The notes under the pieces are model-generated. The model saw nothing but the letters and a program-made list of their open reading frames with translations. It was not told the origin of the DNA and searched no databases. From positions 35,045-99,044 of IMG/VR virus record IMGVR_UViG_3300044825_000698: a stretch of DNA of 64,000 nt; one strand, written 5' to 3'. The position numbers and the translations under genes are program-made. Positions 1 through 10,887 of the stretch are shown one piece after another (the stretch's first letter is position 1; every line of letters begins with the position of its first letter). The DNA comes from a virus.

Positions 1-567
1 AGCGGTGCTCGTCGACTTGTTCGCCACATAAGCACTATCCGCCCCAGTTGGAAGACGCAGACTTACTGTTTTACCATTACGGAGAGTTACCGGGATCGGC
101 TTATGGAAATCAATAGACGGTGGATCGTAGGCGAAGTCATCATCAATATTGATGGTTACGTCGTTCTTCTGTTCACAGGCATTGCACTTGGCGTTAAACG
201 TGCGCTCTACGCCATAGGTGCATTTGATAATCCCTAGAAACAGTGCGTCACGATCACCAATGATCAAGTTATCTAGTGCACTTGGGTCCTTTGATATATC
301 GATAGACCCGACCGACACAGTCGCCCTCTTTAACAGGGCCGACATGTACTCAGCGTAAGTAACATCTTTCTTGGCTTCTACACGCGCCAAGTATTCTTCG
401 TCTGCTCCGGTGAGTTCACGAACCTGAGCGTCCATCTGCCAATCGCCTGATGCAGGATCAACAAGACCCCGCATCAGGCGAACGTGCGTAGATTCTGGGT
501 TGGCTATCTCCGGAACTTTGTCTTCGATAGCCTTATTAAGGGCATCGGCTTCTTCAGTTAAACTCAC
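1..567 (-). CDS. Baseplate hub / tail assembly protein (T4 gp26-like), truncated by window edge
   Basis: Manually translated from GTG at 567 with AGGAG RBS: VRELTGADEE...LIIGDRDALFLGIIKCTYG...CNAC...LRLPTG; lies directly downstream of the tail tube gene. Confidence 0.6.
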   Translation of the reverse strand, partial: MSLTEEADALNKAIEDKVPEIANPESTHVRLMRGLVDPASGDWQMDAQVRELTGADEEYLARVEAKKDVTYAEYMSALLKRATVSVGSIDISKDPSALDNLIIGDRDALFLGIIKCTYGVERTFNAKCNACEQKNDVTINIDDDFAYDPPSIDFHKPIPVTLRNGKTVSLRLPTGADSAYVANKSTSTA

Positions 568-589
568 CTTGTACTCCTAAGTGTTTGTA

Positions 590-1195
590 CTAACTTACTG
601 TACTGATATTAGCAATCTGATCCTCGGTCCAGGCGACATAGAAGCCCTCATGGTGAACCGTCAACTGCTGGACCATGATTCCACTGTCAGCGGCGTTCAG
701 GTCACTCAGGGCGTAGGCCCCTGGCCAGCAGTCGAACAACTTGACGGCCAACCGAACCCCACCGAGGTTCGGGGTATTGCCATCTGTGTTGGTGGGAGTC
801 TGGTAGTTACCCGCTGATACTGGGTGGTCATAAATGCGTACCACGATGTCACAGCGGTAGTCGTTACCAGCGGTGATGCTTCCACTGTCAGCCTGGTTCC
901 ACGAATGGAGGAACTCCTGCCAGCGGTACATCTGTGGCTGGTTATAGAACACGCCACGGCTGAAGGTCACCGGGGCAAAGTCTGATTGACCCACCAATTT
1001 GTGCGGGTGAGTGTTCATTCCACCCTCACGGTAGCCAATCATCTGGTTCTGCACCGACAGACCTGACATAACGGCAAACCCGAGGCTACCTAGCCCCTGA
1101 GTAGCCGTTGCCAAGCGGTTGCTCGGGCCGGTTGGGATGATGTTGACCTGAAACTTAAAGTTACGAATCGGGTCAGTTACGGTTGCACGTGCCAT
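590..1195 (-). CDS. Tail tube protein (T4 gp19-like)
   Basis: DPIRNFKFQV, YREGG, VTFSRG and CWP motifs; adjacent to sheath gene. Confidence 0.9.
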   Translation of the reverse strand: MARATVTDPIRNFKFQVNIIPTGPSNRLATATQGLGSLGFAVMSGLSVQNQMIGYREGGMNTHPHKLVGQSDFAPVTFSRGVFYNQPQMYRWQEFLHSWNQADSGSITAGNDYRCDIVVRIYDHPVSAGNYQTPTNTDGNTPNLGGVRLAVKLFDCWPGAYALSDLNAADSGIMVQQLTVHHEGFYVAWTEDQIANISTVS

Positions 1196-1209
1196 TTAAT
1201 GTCTCCTTA

Positions 1210-2724
1210 TCAGAGTGCTTCTGCGGTGTTAGCCCCACCAGTCCACTGACTGATGGTGATGACTACGAATTCAGCGGGGTACTGTAGGGCCACGCCAACT
1301 TCAATGTGGACTTCGCCATTTGAAATAGACTCTTCAGTGTTGTTGCTTGCATCGCAAACTACATAGAAAGCCTGATTGGCGTTGCGTCCCTTAAGACCGC
1401 CTGCTCGCCAGAACTCGGACAACAGTGAAGACACTGTTACGTTGAGGCGGGTCCACAGACGCTCATCGTTCGGCTCAAACACAGCGAAGGCAGTGGCATC
1501 AGTAAGAGCCTGCTTCAAGTAGTTGAGAGAGCGACGAATCGGAACGTACTTACCGGGTGTGGTCTTTTCCAGAGTACGAGCGCCGTTAATTACAACGCCA
1601 GCACCAGGAACAGCCTTGAACATATTTACGTTATAGGTGTCATACAGAGTGCCTGTTTGAGCCGCCGTAAACGTGGTGACTAGCCCCAATGCTCCTCGTA
1701 CCTCAACATCAAACCCAGCGGGAGCCTTCGCCACCGTGCGGGCAACTTCGGTGCGTACATAAGCACCAGCCACTGCACCGCCTGGGTGGGTGTTGCGGAT
1801 TGCTCCTGGACCAGTCTTCGACGGATCGATCATCTTCAACATTGGGTAGTACACGGCACCGTAGTTAGAGGTGCTGTACGAACCAACAACGGTTCCCCCG
1901 ATGTCAGACACAGTCACTGCATCGGCCTGCGGGTCAATGATGACAAACGAATTGCCCCGTGACTCAGCCTTAGCGAGGAAGGCGTTAACAACAGTCGGGC
2001 TGGTTACTCCGGGGGCGTTCAGCAACAAGACACCTTCAACGGTGTCAAGAAGCGTGAGAGCATTTACGTAATCGGAGTCAGCAACCGCTGAACCATTGGT
2101 ACCAGACGCCGAAGTAAAGGCGCTGGTAATGAACGCCCATGTTGCAGAGGCACTAATCGACGGAACTGCCGCTGTGATGAACTTGGAATAGTTATTAATA
2201 ACGGTCGTCAGGTACCGGTTGTGATTGGGATCAACCGATACCTCGTTCCAGCGCTCAACCTCTGTTCCATCAAGTTTGATAATGACATTGAATGTCGGAA
2301 TCTGAGTTGCGGAAGGAGCGACAACACCGGCAGTTATTTCGATAGTTACACCGTTACCCCAAGTACCAGGACTATTTACAGTGTATGTAAACAATGTCCC
2401 GGCTGATGCACCTGAGCCATTCGGGTAATACGTAACAGTTCCAGTTGCGGCTACGGCATTTGATGCCACGACTCGGCAGATATAGGCATCACGACCACCA
2501 TTAGCAAAGTAGTGGTAGACCGAGAAGCCAAGATTGTGGTCGTTGCTGAGTTCCCCATACTGGGTGGTGAACTCTGACCAGGACGAAATGAGAGTGGCTT
2601 CGTCTGGGCCACGACTGGCAGTACCAAAGAAAGCGGCTACTGATTGAGACGATGATCCACGACGGGGAAGAGACCGCAGTGGCTTCTCGGCTACATAGAC
2701 ACCGGGGTTAGTGTATGTGGGCAT
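1210..2724 (-). CDS. Contractile tail sheath protein
   Basis: PGVYV N-terminus, YHYFANGG, GARTL, YVPIRR, FAVFEPND, YPAEFVVI. Confidence 0.95.
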   Translation of the reverse strand: MPTYTNPGVYVAEKPLRSLPRRGSSSQSVAAFFGTASRGPDEATLISSWSEFTTQYGELSNDHNLGFSVYHYFANGGRDAYICRVVASNAVAATGTVTYYPNGSGASAGTLFTYTVNSPGTWGNGVTIEITAGVVAPSATQIPTFNVIIKLDGTEVERWNEVSVDPNHNRYLTTVINNYSKFITAAVPSISASATWAFITSAFTSASGTNGSAVADSDYVNALTLLDTVEGVLLLNAPGVTSPTVVNAFLAKAESRGNSFVIIDPQADAVTVSDIGGTVVGSYSTSNYGAVYYPMLKMIDPSKTGPGAIRNTHPGGAVAGAYVRTEVARTVAKAPAGFDVEVRGALGLVTTFTAAQTGTLYDTYNVNMFKAVPGAGVVINGARTLEKTTPGKYVPIRRSLNYLKQALTDATAFAVFEPNDERLWTRLNVTVSSLLSEFWRAGGLKGRNANQAFYVVCDASNNTEESISNGEVHIEVGVALQYPAEFVVITISQWTGGANTAEAL

Positions 2725-3423
2725 TTAAAAATCCTCCAAGAATGGACTGGTGAATACAGAGGGGTTCTCGTTGTCTGCGTTTGTTATGGTTCCTACAACT
2801 GTAGTTACTTTCTTTACTGCTTGTACGTCCGATGTGGGCAACTCGGCGGACATCTGCAAGGTGTACACCTTGCGGAATATACGCTTTCGGTAGCCAGCCT
2901 CCTGATCTAAAAGATCGGCGGCTGTCCACCCCAGAAGGTCAAAACGACGAATCGTCCCATCCTCTGGAACTTCAATAAAGCCCCGCCTAAACGGGGTTAC
3001 TCTACGTAATAGTTTACTTGTTAGTTGTCTGTCGTGCAGAGCGCTTCTTGTGTAAGTAGAGATTTGGTAAATGAGGGTAACAGGAACGAACGAATCGATT
3101 CTCAGTACCCCACCTTCTGCCACTAGATCATCTAGACCGTCTGAATCTAATTCAGACGGGTAATAGTCAATTGTACTATTAGCACTTGCGCTGTCATTAG
3201 CGCCGTAGTAATAGTAAGACGTTTCAGACATCTGACGACTTCTATCATGTACAAGATCAACAAGTTCGATAGTAATGAAGGGGTAGTGCTTCTCAGTTTC
3301 CCCATCGGGGTACCGGAAGAAGACCGATACGGGGCGCACGTTGTTACGGTCGTCAGAGACGGTAAGGGTCGAAAAACGTGCCTTAACGGCGGCGTCCTCA
3401 GCCAGTAGGAATCCGGCGGGCAT
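2725..3423 (-). CDS. Putative tail terminator/completion protein
   Basis: Position between neck genes and sheath; YPFITI motif. Confidence 0.55.
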   Translation of the reverse strand: MPAGFLLAEDAAVKARFSTLTVSDDRNNVRPVSVFFRYPDGETEKHYPFITIELVDLVHDRSRQMSETSYYYYGANDSASANSTIDYYPSELDSDGLDDLVAEGGVLRIDSFVPVTLIYQISTYTRSALHDRQLTSKLLRRVTPFRRGFIEVPEDGTIRRFDLLGWTAADLLDQEAGYRKRIFRKVYTLQMSAELPTSDVQAVKKVTTVVGTITNADNENPSVFTSPFLEDF

Positions 3424-3800
3424 TAGAACAGATCCTTTGCTATCTGCTTGTTAACCATACGCTCAAGGCCGTCAAGGTCTGTTATTGCCGATCTAACCAC
3501 AGGAAGAGGTGGCTCTATGCCCGTTCCGTACTCTTTATTAAAATCTCCCTGGATAGCCAATTCCATGTTGTCAGCATCATAAGTAACTGTCAGTGACTGG
3601 GCGGCGCTACCCCATCCTTTACGACGGGCCAGTTTACGAAGTTTACGTTCATAACGAGGAATGGCCTTATCAATAGCCCTATTCACGTGCTTATCGATGT
3701 TGTTGATGTAGTCCTCGTAAAAGGCAACAATCGTGGGAGTTCCGCTGATAAGCGAACCAGAACCGGATTCGGGGCTAGGTGATGACAAAGCCATAGACAT
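3423..3800 (-). CDS. Hypothetical neck-region protein
   Basis: ORF coupled to the downstream gene; EYGTG motif. Confidence 0.5.
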   Translation of the reverse strand: MSMALSSPSPESGSGSLISGTPTIVAFYEDYINNIDKHVNRAIDKAIPRYERKLRKLARRKGWGSAAQSLTVTYDADNMELAIQGDFNKEYGTGIEPPLPVVRSAITDLDGLERMVNKQIAKDLF

Positions 3801-3863
3801 TGGCTCATATCCTCCGGTTCTGGGCGTTGTTACCCACTGACGCGCATCAGTGGTGACTATAGT

Positions 3864-4400
3864 TTAGCCCAAATTAGGAAGCGTTGATGGCCATGCGTAG
3901 TTAGTTACTCCAAGACTGTCTGGCCCTGGATCATTAACTAGTTCCTCATCCACGTAGGTTTCGTATCCGGTAATGAGGACAAACACTTCGTCTTTGATGA
4001 CTCCCCGTACCTTGTACGAGGCTATGTTGTAAAAGCGACCATCGTACACGAACACGTCGTTGAGGTGGTGCTGGTACTCCCATGGCTGATAGAGGCCAGC
4101 ATCTTTCATGTCCTTCATGGTGATGAACAACGTCATGGTCTGAGTAGGTTTACGACCGTCGGCTACAGCACGACGTTCATCCTCATTCTCGGAGGCAAGC
4201 ATTATCGGAAGCATGACACCCGGTTTGTACTTCTTACCGCCACTGCCCCGGATTCCTTCATCGTATATATCATCATATACGCTGTTAACGGAGGCCGACC
4301 CTAGAGGTATGAATTCATACCAGACAACGGCTAACTGGGACACTTCACGGAATCTCCTGAAGTGCTTATTTATGTTGGCGAGTTCTCTACGGACATCCAT
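3864..4400 (-). CDS. Putative head-closure protein
   Basis: VYDDIYDEG...DVFVYDGRFY; synteny. Confidence 0.55.
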   Translation of the reverse strand: MDVRRELANINKHFRRFREVSQLAVVWYEFIPLGSASVNSVYDDIYDEGIRGSGGKKYKPGVMLPIMLASENEDERRAVADGRKPTQTMTLFITMKDMKDAGLYQPWEYQHHLNDVFVYDGRFYNIASYKVRGVIKDEVFVLITGYETYVDEELVNDPGPDSLGVTNYAWPSTLPNLG

Positions 4401-5194
4401 CAGTAATAGGCGTTAGTGGTCTGCCCTGACCTGGGAGCCGTATCGATGTAAACGTCTTCTCGTAGGCTGTCTTCCTGAACCTCTCGGTCAATGACACCTG
4501 GATCGATGTCGGGCCATAGGCGCTTCATTGGTGAGTAATCGCCAAACTCCTGGGGCGCATATAGAGGCACCAGGCGATTTGTGGTTCGGGCAATACGACG
4601 CAGACTGAAGACCTCAACCCGGTCAATACCAATGTTGAGAGCCGTGGCATGGCGCTTGTACTCTTCTTCCCACTGTGCCAGTAGAGCCTGGACCATGCGG
4701 AAACGCTGACTGGCAGGGATATGGACAGACTCAGAGGTTATTACGTCGATGTCCCGGCTGTACTCAGTCATCAATGCCCATAGACATTCGGTGATAGTAG
4801 CGATACCGATGGCATTGACCATGAGGTCAGACATCCCATCAATACCTACTCCAATGTTTTTGACATGCTTTTCTATGGCCCGCTGGGCGTAGAAGGACAA
4901 GTCTTCTGGGGTTACCCACTCGTAGTAGTAACCCTCGACCATGATGGTCTGAGTACCACCAGGCAATGAAGCAAGGCGCAAGATGCCGTTACGTGAGTCA
5001 ATAGCGTACTGGGTTGATGTTAATTCGGTTGTGGTTGAACCGTTATATAGAGCAACCCACAGGCTGTCGGCATCGACGTTTATTTGCCCAAGTTCGTATG
5101 TACGTCCTACAACGGTAAAAGTAGACTGGAAGAACTTGGGGAAGTCTCGCAAATAGCGACGAGCAATTTCCTCTATATCAGTTACTGTGGCCAC
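4400..5194 (-). CDS. Putative head-tail adaptor
   Basis: Synteny after capsid genes; TAGAAT 6 nt upstream of GTG suggests a leaderless start. Confidence 0.55.
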   Translation of the reverse strand: MATVTDIEEIARRYLRDFPKFFQSTFTVVGRTYELGQINVDADSLWVALYNGSTTTELTSTQYAIDSRNGILRLASLPGGTQTIMVEGYYYEWVTPEDLSFYAQRAIEKHVKNIGVGIDGMSDLMVNAIGIATITECLWALMTEYSRDIDVITSESVHIPASQRFRMVQALLAQWEEEYKRHATALNIGIDRVEVFSLRRIARTTNRLVPLYAPQEFGDYSPMKRLWPDIDPGVIDREVQEDSLREDVYIDTAPRSGQTTNAYY

Positions 5195-5333
5195 AAACCA
5201 ATTCTACTATTAATTGGCTTTTGTGTCTTGCCGTGGCTGGTTAATAGACGGATGGGCTTCACGAATACGACCAGCCATATGCATGGCCCGCTTGATAAGC
5301 GAAGGGATCGATGCCCCAGTAGGTTTAGGCAAG

Positions 5334-6566
5334 TTAGGCATACTTTATAAAGTACCGTACGCCGTAGTTACGGGGTTCAATGTTTATGGCCTCGGTGTAT
5401 CCGGTGTTACGAGTGCGCCCACTTATTGCGTGTGAGTGGGCACCCGCCGTATTGGTAGAACCAACCCCAACCGTTGTTGTGAAATACCACGGGTACGCCC
5501 AGAAGTTAAGTGAACCAGTGGATGTTGACGACGACGAGTTAGCAATCAATATTCCAACACCATTACCTGCTGTATGACTGTGGTCTCCGTTGGTTTGGAT
5601 AACACCAGAGTCCATTTCGTGGGAGTGTTCAGGCATCTGGTTAATGGTCAAGTTAATGCTGTTACCAGCATTGCCATAGGCAGTGGCCAAGGTACGACTA
5701 CCTGACAATCCCATAAGGAAGTGACCACGGAAATCAGGAACCTTGAAAGTCAACGAATCATTAGAACCATAGGCAGTTCCGAGAACCGAGAACAGCCCGG
5801 CGTAGGTTGTTCGGCTAATTGACTGACCATTGCACTCTAACCAGGCCAATGGGTCTGGACTTGCTGTGCCAGATACCCACGTGATAACAGCACCAACTGG
5901 GGTACCGGCTCCGACAGATGGGCCACCTGTTCCAACCTGTTCCCATGTGCCATTAAGTTTCACGTAAAGGCCAGCATCACCGGACAGGGAACTCTTGTAG
6001 TAGAGGTCGCCGTTATTACCGAAGGTGTTTGACGGAACTGCGTCTCCACGGAGAGATGTGGATGCAACAGTCACACGCTTATCAACAATGTGGGCTTTTG
6101 TGACGTTTGCGGCACCTGACCGTAGAACAGCGGCTAGTACTACGTCGGTATTTGGGTTGACGTAGTTAGTTAAGGGAACCCCAACTACGGTGGTCAACTG
6201 ACTTGGTGTTGGTGGAAATGATGGGTTGCTGGCACTGTTAGGTCCTGATAGGACCGTTAGGGCCATTGAACCATTAACAAGTCTGGCCACAACCAGATCG
6301 AATCTGGTGTTACTAGGTACTGACGGAAGAATAAGAGCAGGGTTAGATGGAATTGAATAGACAGTTCCATCAAGCACTACGTGACCAGATGCCACCGCAA
6401 CGGTGTAGTTGGCTACTGACTGGGCGGTTACTTCTCCGCCTGAAAGAACGCCAGTTGACCGGTTACCCAATAACTGAAAGTCAAGAGAATCAGGCTCCGC
6501 CTGGTCTAGAGAGTTATACCGGTTACTACCGGTCGTGTCTATCGCATTGGGGATAACGAAGGGCAT
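5334..6566 (-). CDS. Fibre protein with phage tail-collar domain
   Basis: PVGAVITW...WLECNGQSISRTTYAGLFSVLGTAYG...TFKVPDFRG. Confidence 0.85.
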   Translation of the reverse strand: MPFVIPNAIDTTGSNRYNSLDQAEPDSLDFQLLGNRSTGVLSGGEVTAQSVANYTVAVASGHVVLDGTVYSIPSNPALILPSVPSNTRFDLVVARLVNGSMALTVLSGPNSASNPSFPPTPSQLTTVVGVPLTNYVNPNTDVVLAAVLRSGAANVTKAHIVDKRVTVASTSLRGDAVPSNTFGNNGDLYYKSSLSGDAGLYVKLNGTWEQVGTGGPSVGAGTPVGAVITWVSGTASPDPLAWLECNGQSISRTTYAGLFSVLGTAYGSNDSLTFKVPDFRGHFLMGLSGSRTLATAYGNAGNSINLTINQMPEHSHEMDSGVIQTNGDHSHTAGNGVGILIANSSSSTSTGSLNFWAYPWYFTTTVGVGSTNTAGAHSHAISGRTRNTGYTEAINIEPRNYGVRYFIKYA

Positions 6567-6579
6567 CTGTTACCTCTCC

Positions 6580-6831
6580 TCAGAGGGTGTCGTAGATATT
6601 CCCGCTCTTCCGTAGGTATGCGTACAGATCGGCGGGAAGACGGTAACGGGTACCATCCTGGAAGTTGTAAACCGCATTGCCCCAGAACATCTTCCACGTT
6701 CCCTTGACCCGGCATGAAATGAGGTCATCGGCAACAACGGTTGTTGGGGTGGCGACTTCGACTTCGTCGTAGGTAACGATGTCGTCAGAATCAACTTCTG
6801 CAAATGCATTTGTTGTACGGCGATTAGCCAT
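6580..6831 (-). CDS. Hypothetical protein downstream of major capsid gene
   Basis: ORF with AGGAG RBS. Confidence 0.6.
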   Translation of the reverse strand: MANRRTTNAFAEVDSDDIVTYDEVEVATPTTVVADDLISCRVKGTWKMFWGNAVYNFQDGTRYRLPADLYAYLRKSGNIYDTL

Positions 6832-6865
6832 TATTGGACTCCTTATTGTGTTGACTAGAAAGTTA

Positions 6866-6895
6866 ATGGCGGGGGCAGTTTCCCACCCCCGCCAT
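6866..6895 (-). terminator. Probable intrinsic terminator after major capsid gene
   Basis: Inverted repeat ATGGCGGGGG...CCCCCGCCAT followed on the minus strand by TAACTTTCT. Confidence 0.6.
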
Positions 6896-6918
6896 CATAC
6901 CTTACATGAACCTTAGGT

Positions 6919-7998
6919 TCAGGAGATTGCGCCACCCAAGGTGTTGAGGATGACACGGGACTCGTGGGTGATGACACCGAAGCCCCAGATTGCGTACCAT
7001 GCGAGACCGTGCTCACGACCGAAGTCGATGACACCGCCGTCACGGAGTTCAACTGGGAGCGAAATAGCATGACCGAAGGCGTTGTCACCGATCATGATTG
7101 CGCTGTACGAGTCGGCTGTTGGGGCCTGGGCACCGCCGGTGTTCGGGTCGAGGTCAGCGGGGATGCTGAGACCCTTCTTGACCTGAGTGGTCTCGATGAA
7201 CACCACGTCGTAGAGACGACCGATTTCACCAAGCATGAAGTTGCCGGGGGCGGCGTACTTGGTGACTTCGATGAACTCTGGCCAGTCACGGAGCGAACGG
7301 CTCTGCGACGGGTGGACGAAGCACACGTAGGTGTCGCCCAGACGGGGGATGTTCTGACCAGCGAGGACTTCGACAGCGTCCTTGATCGAGGCCGGGCTGA
7401 GGTAGCCAGGGGCACTGGCTGAACCGAGGGTACCGGCATCGTAGGGGCTGATCGAGCCACGGGTAGCGGCGGCAGTGCGACCGAACACAACACTCGGGGC
7501 CACAGCGGAGCCACCACCGAAGGGGACGCCGTTAGCGTAGAGGGTGTTACGGGCCTGGATGTCCATGCTCTGGGCCATGTGACGACCGAGGAGGCGTGAG
7601 GACGAAGCCATAACGTCGTCGAACGATGCGTTGAGAAGCAGTTCGGTGACGGCTACGGCCTGACCATGCTCCGATACGGTGATCTGGATCTGGCTTGCTG
7701 ACAGGGCCACTGGCTCCATACGTACACCTTCGGTGAGTGTTGCACCGGTGCTCTCGTTGACCGAGAGGTTGTTGTAACGCATGAAGTTGATGGTAAGACC
7801 GGGCATAACGCCGAGTTCGGTCTTCTTTACAGCAAACTGCTCGAACCGAAGTACGGGCATGGCCTGGAAAAGGATTTCCTTCGACCAAATCTGCTGGATT
7901 GCGGGTGAGAGGGTGCTGTCACTGGAGTAACCGGTCGTTGAAATGCTCTGTAGACCGGCTCCGGTAACCGCACCTCCTTGGGGGGCGGGAAATGCCAT
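6919..7998 (-). CDS. Major capsid protein (N4-gp56-like family)
   Basis: PVLRFEQFA, LTEGV, YVCFVHP, GEIGRLYDVVFIET; follows scaffold and portal. Confidence 0.92.
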   Translation of the reverse strand: MAFPAPQGGAVTGAGLQSISTTGYSSDSTLSPAIQQIWSKEILFQAMPVLRFEQFAVKKTELGVMPGLTINFMRYNNLSVNESTGATLTEGVRMEPVALSASQIQITVSEHGQAVAVTELLLNASFDDVMASSSRLLGRHMAQSMDIQARNTLYANGVPFGGGSAVAPSVVFGRTAAATRGSISPYDAGTLGSASAPGYLSPASIKDAVEVLAGQNIPRLGDTYVCFVHPSQSRSLRDWPEFIEVTKYAAPGNFMLGEIGRLYDVVFIETTQVKKGLSIPADLDPNTGGAQAPTADSYSAIMIGDNAFGHAISLPVELRDGGVIDFGREHGLAWYAIWGFGVITHESRVILNTLGGAIS

Positions 7999-8032
7999 TG
8001 TTTATCCTCCGATGGATAGTTGTTGATGGGTT

Positions 8033-8803
8033 TTAGAACCGACCTCTGGAAGGCCGAGCCTGTAGGAGCCTCTCACGCATCTTCACGTACTGATCCATCG
8101 GCATATTGCGGATATCCTCCGCGCTCATCGTTTGGTATTCCTGTTGGTTTTCCAGTGGCCCAGTGGGAGGAGCCGTTACCGGTGCCCCCCGCAGACGAGT
8201 CGTTTGACCCGCCTGTTGGATTGACTCTATAATAGCACTACTTCTGTCACGAAGTACGGCAATAGAGTTTTCTATTTCTTCCTCATTATTTCCCGAGACT
8301 AGATCTCGTAGTTCGGGGATAATGGTCTCCTGTTCGTCCTGGAGCCTCCGTTGACGGTAGGACTCTAGTGATTGGAGATACCGCTCCTTTTCAAGGAGGG
8401 CTTCCTGCGCCTGGCGCTGTTGCTCCAGTTCGTTAAAGCGTACTTTCCACTCTTCCTCGACCTGGTTCAGGCGCTTATTGAACTCATCCTCACGCTTGGC
8501 AAGGAGATCCTTAGCGGAAAGTTCTTCCATCTCTCGCTGACGGAGCAGTTCGGCTTCTGCACGAGCCTTTTCCTCAGCGGCCTTAATGGCCTCTTCTCGC
8601 TCTTTACTTAGGACACTCAACTGCTCTTCCATGCTCTTAACACGGGTGTCGGCATCCTCAAGACGCTTGTACATCTTGTCTTTCTCCTGCTGACGGATCT
8701 TCTGCACGTCATCCTCGGAGAACAGACGCTGTTGTTCCGTCTTTACTTCAGGAGTGGGTTCGACGGGAATCTGAATCCCGTCCTCAATGGACTGCTTTGC
8801 CAT
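8033..8803 (-). CDS. Capsid scaffolding protein
   Basis: E/Q/R-rich coiled coil between portal and capsid genes. Confidence 0.8.
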   Translation of the reverse strand: MAKQSIEDGIQIPVEPTPEVKTEQQRLFSEDDVQKIRQQEKDKMYKRLEDADTRVKSMEEQLSVLSKEREEAIKAAEEKARAEAELLRQREMEELSAKDLLAKREDEFNKRLNQVEEEWKVRFNELEQQRQAQEALLEKERYLQSLESYRQRRLQDEQETIIPELRDLVSGNNEEEIENSIAVLRDRSSAIIESIQQAGQTTRLRGAPVTAPPTGPLENQQEYQTMSAEDIRNMPMDQYVKMRERLLQARPSRGRF

Positions 8804-8856
8804 ATCTTTACCTCGTTTGGTTAGGCGTTTATTGACTTGTTTTAAGCGACTTCTAA

Positions 8857-10548
8857 TTATTCTTCGTCAGGTACACGGCGCTGGGCGAACCTGGCTCCGT
8901 ATGCCCGTTGGACAATCTTGTTCATTGTGTCTAACTCAGGACCACCTACGGCAGTACCTGGCAGAGTTCCGCCTTCTTGGCCTTGCCCTGCGTTTGTTAC
9001 ATTAGCACCACCAGCAGACACTACGCTGGAAGTGCCGTCGGCTTGGGGCAATAAGCCCGTCGCCATCATAACAGCCTGTGAAATCTGTGCACGAAGCATG
9101 TCGAGCGCACCCTGATCGATGGCGTCGTCACGCAGTTCTTCAAAGATCTCGCCCATCTTCTCGTTCGGGAACTCTTCACCCAAGATTCGGAGAGCGCCAC
9201 GCTTGGATTCCAGACCGAGTCCCATCTTGGCCTGGACTTCGTTGAGTTTGATAAGTACATCAACGGGTAGCGGTTCAGGCCAGTGAACAGTCGTCTGATA
9301 GGTAAGAGGATCAGCCGGGTCCAACTGAGTGAGTTGGTCTGGCTCGGGGACTTCGGCAACAGACGGGTTATAGATGAGCATCTCGGGCTGGAATACCGCC
9401 GCCGTCTTGATAACGATCTCGTTGATCTTCTCAAGGCCCTTAGTGAAATGAATCCGCTTCATGTGATAGCGATTCATCATCGGCTGGTACTGGATAGCCA
9501 AGGCTACGCCCGAAGTATTGGATACTGGCTGGAACTGGCCTAGGGCGGTCTCAGGAACGCCAGTTATCTCGTGCATGGCCCGCTTCAGGAACGTGATGTA
9601 TTCCAGAGCGCCCGCCATGTTGCCACGGGACTCCAGATTGAACACCTGGGAGTCCTTGGGAAGACCGGCCCATACCTTCTTAGGGCCTCGCTCCAACTGG
9701 CTTGCCTTAGCGCCGGTAATGATCGTTACAGGGGCGGCGTGATAGTTGATGATGTCCGATACTTCGGTCATCTTCTCGTTCAACTCACGATTCAGGGGAA
9801 TGATGTCCCAAATGTCCGATTGTCCCCAGGGCGAGGAAGAAATCGTCATGTTAGGAATGTGGACAACCGGAATCTGACCAATGGGGTTGGGGTATTGGTC
9901 GATCAGTTCGTCGTTGATGTACTGCTCGATACTGTCGTCTGTAAGGATCTCAGTAAAGGTGTAAACCTGTCGTGTTCCTTCGGGTGAAGTCCCCCAGAAG
10001 CGATACTTCAACTTGAAGCGGAGCAGACGATCACGGTCGTGTGGGTGGTACTCGGGGAAACAGTGTGCCGGGTTGAGCGGGATGATGCGAATACGCCCCT
10101 CGTGTGGAACCCCCAGCGGATCTACATAAGGATCTTCAAAAGCAATCTTAACGAAGCAGTCTCCGGTTACACCGGCTAACTGACCCATCTCCCATAGAAC
10201 GTGGTGCTTGTTATTGTGCTGTTCCCAAACCTTATGTAGAAGGTGGGGAATGATCGCACCGTTCTGCTCGGGTACTTTCCACTGGACACCCTTACCGAAG
10301 CAGAAGTTAGTGATGTAGTCCGACATCGTACGGGTGTAGTTCATGGTCACATTGCTCTCGCCCATTTCACGGCGATAAGACCAGTGGTGTCCCAAATACC
10401 AGGCCCAGCAGGCGCTGTAGCGGTTTAGACGGGGGCCATGTACTTCAAACTCTTCGTCAGCCAGTTCAACTAAGCCAAGCGGCGAAATAGCGACGGTTAG
10501 GTCGCTGGAAGAAGCACGGTAACTTGGCGACCAGAAATCAATGGGCAT
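8857..10548 (-). CDS. Portal protein (SPP1 gp6-like)
   Basis: 563 aa; IPVVHIPN, GQSDI, SGVALAIQYQP. Confidence 0.9.
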   Translation of the reverse strand: MPIDFWSPSYRASSSDLTVAISPLGLVELADEEFEVHGPRLNRYSACWAWYLGHHWSYRREMGESNVTMNYTRTMSDYITNFCFGKGVQWKVPEQNGAIIPHLLHKVWEQHNNKHHVLWEMGQLAGVTGDCFVKIAFEDPYVDPLGVPHEGRIRIIPLNPAHCFPEYHPHDRDRLLRFKLKYRFWGTSPEGTRQVYTFTEILTDDSIEQYINDELIDQYPNPIGQIPVVHIPNMTISSSPWGQSDIWDIIPLNRELNEKMTEVSDIINYHAAPVTIITGAKASQLERGPKKVWAGLPKDSQVFNLESRGNMAGALEYITFLKRAMHEITGVPETALGQFQPVSNTSGVALAIQYQPMMNRYHMKRIHFTKGLEKINEIVIKTAAVFQPEMLIYNPSVAEVPEPDQLTQLDPADPLTYQTTVHWPEPLPVDVLIKLNEVQAKMGLGLESKRGALRILGEEFPNEKMGEIFEELRDDAIDQGALDMLRAQISQAVMMATGLLPQADGTSSVVSAGGANVTNAGQGQEGGTLPGTAVGGPELDTMNKIVQRAYGARFAQRRVPDEE

Positions 10549-10572
10549 TGAGTCATCCTACATGTAAACGGA

Positions 10573-10872
10573 TTACTTATTTATATTAGCAGGAACTGGG
10601 ATCTTTGTTATAGAAACGACCCACGACTCTGGGATGTGCACCGGGTTGCTGTAAATCACGTCGTCTGTGTCTTCGTACAGATACGTGGAAATAACGGTGA
10701 TGTAGCCGTCTAAATAGTTCGGAAGCAACCAGCCACACGTAACGGGTTCGGCTATTTCTGGTTTGTATTCCTGTGGATCAAACCAGCCGTTAGGACCATC
10801 AAAGGCGTCTTGCCATTTGACAACAACGAGGTCTAGTGCACGATGTTTATAGTGCTTCTGTTTCTTGGCCAT
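10573..10872 (-). CDS. Hypothetical protein
   Basis: VVVKWQDA...TCGWL...IPESWV, a pattern common in small phage proteins. Confidence 0.65.
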   Translation of the reverse strand: MAKKQKHYKHRALDLVVVKWQDAFDGPNGWFDPQEYKPEIAEPVTCGWLLPNYLDGYITVISTYLYEDTDDVIYSNPVHIPESWVVSITKIPVPANINK

Positions 10873-10887
10873 AGCCGCAATGGTAGG

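Noticed and set aside
590-3423. Extracellular contractile injection system or tailocin
   Set aside because: Linked capsid, portal and terminase genes indicate a complete phage
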